A stretch of 63,589 bases of DNA, the filler included, from Octopus bimaculoides (lineage: Eukaryota): NCBI RefSeq assembly GCF_001194135.2. It is 8 parts of 7 records of this genome, joined end to end, with 100 filler letters (N's around TTAATTAATTAA, not from the genome) between each part and the next. Parts side by side here need not be neighbours in the genome. Positions count along the whole stretch, not along the records: positions 58,753 to 63,589 come from NC_069005.1; 7 more parts are not named here. One strand, given 5' to 3'. Below the pieces are notes generated by a model. It saw nothing but the letters and a program-made list of their open reading frames with translations, searched no databases and was not told where the DNA came from. Both the position numbers and the translations under genes were made by a program. Below, piece after piece: positions 62,623 through 63,589 of this stretch. The number at the start of each line of letters is the position of its first letter. The stretch's first letter is position 1.

Positions 62623-63589
62623 GGACATACTTATATTCTCTGGACAATGGTTGTCGTTTAGCCAGAATAGCAATATGCAGTGTGACCCACGAATTATCCG
62701 AAATGCACGTCTAACTTTTCTTCTCTTTGCAAGAAAATTAGTTTTGTATCCATCCACCCGCTTAGTTTCCGCCGGATGATTGTGATGCAGGTTTGAACTT
62801 CAGACATTGAGTTCTCGTTGTTATTACGCCACTCAGATTTCTGATTGTTGTAAAGAAGGGCAGAATATAGGTGCAGTCACCCCTGCACCTATATTCTATA
62901 AAAAAAAAAAGAAAAAGAAAACACACAGAAGCAAAAACTTCTACGTGATCAATTCTTTACGAAAGTCAACAGAGAAGAATTAATCCACAGCGGTAGTTAG
63001 TAATGACTGAAAAAATTCTTGACTTTGCAGAGAAACAGATTTTGAATTTAGCTACTCAGGACTGATTCTAGCCATAACAACAAGAATAAGGATTCCTCGC
63101 ATAGACACAAGGTTTTGCTAGCAAATTTTTGAATTAACATAAACATTTATTTAGCTGAAAGAAAATTATTGAAGAACTTTCATCGTATTCTTCCAAATCT
63201 TTCTGTTAAAACTGCATCGAAACCATCGCACACCACAAGGTTTAACGAAACCTACCGACATATTCCAGCACGCTCGCAGCATTACCACAAGCGAAAGCGA
63301 GGCTGAGGCATTGGGAAAGCCAAGTGCCTTCACTGCCATAACTTGATATCTCGGTGAGGCGATTGATATTTCGGTGGGGGTGCTTAGATCAATCCGAGAG
63401 CTCAGTTATTCATTTTTTTTTAAAGAATTTTATATCTCGATTGGTGCAGATGTGTTTAGTTGTTGCTTATAGATTTCCAGCAGACCGATCATTCAGTGGT
63501 TCACTGCGTTTTAGAATGGTGGCAGTGACGACGGAGTGTCGGTCAGAAAGTAACTCGGGCGGAACAAATGCAACATAATATTATTTTTT

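Overview
AT-rich, gap-ridden eukaryotic scaffold, saturated with microsatellites and tRNA-derived SINEs. The repeat landscape is consistent with a coleoid cephalopod, most likely Octopus; this is inferred from repeat style, not from a database hit. The only clear host coding sequence is a ~2.86-kb minus-strand exon (3037->181). It encodes three widely spaced C2H2 fingers, the C-terminal half of a fourth finger split by an intron, homopolymer runs (N, M, K, T, G, P) and a very long Asp/Glu-rich tract. Candidate upstream exons for this gene lie at ~14.6, ~25.9 and ~32.3 kb, and promoter-like CpG islands lie at 26.3, 37.4, 38.7-39.0 and 40.7-41.4 kb (the last with NF-Y/NRF1/ETS/YY1 motifs). The rest is transposon debris: three SINE families (working labels A, B, C), RTE endonuclease, RT and 3' zinc-finger fragments, a Tx1/L1 ORF2 relic, a HERO-like (R2 group) piece, an internally deleted Helitron, Penelope and Ty1/copia RT relics, and a Myb/SANT (Harbinger ORF1-like) ORF. 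No prokaryote-type system, CRISPR array, rRNA or true tRNA gene is supported. The leads most worth testing are the acidic zinc-finger exon and its missing 5' exons, several long fold-back elements (3386-3602, 27942-28124) that could be ADAR or small-RNA substrates, a SINE family carrying an expanding internal microsatellite, a 24-bp repeat with codon-like variation, and the HERO-like internally deleted element. Transposon family calls come from motifs recognised by eye and need HMM/BLAST confirmation.
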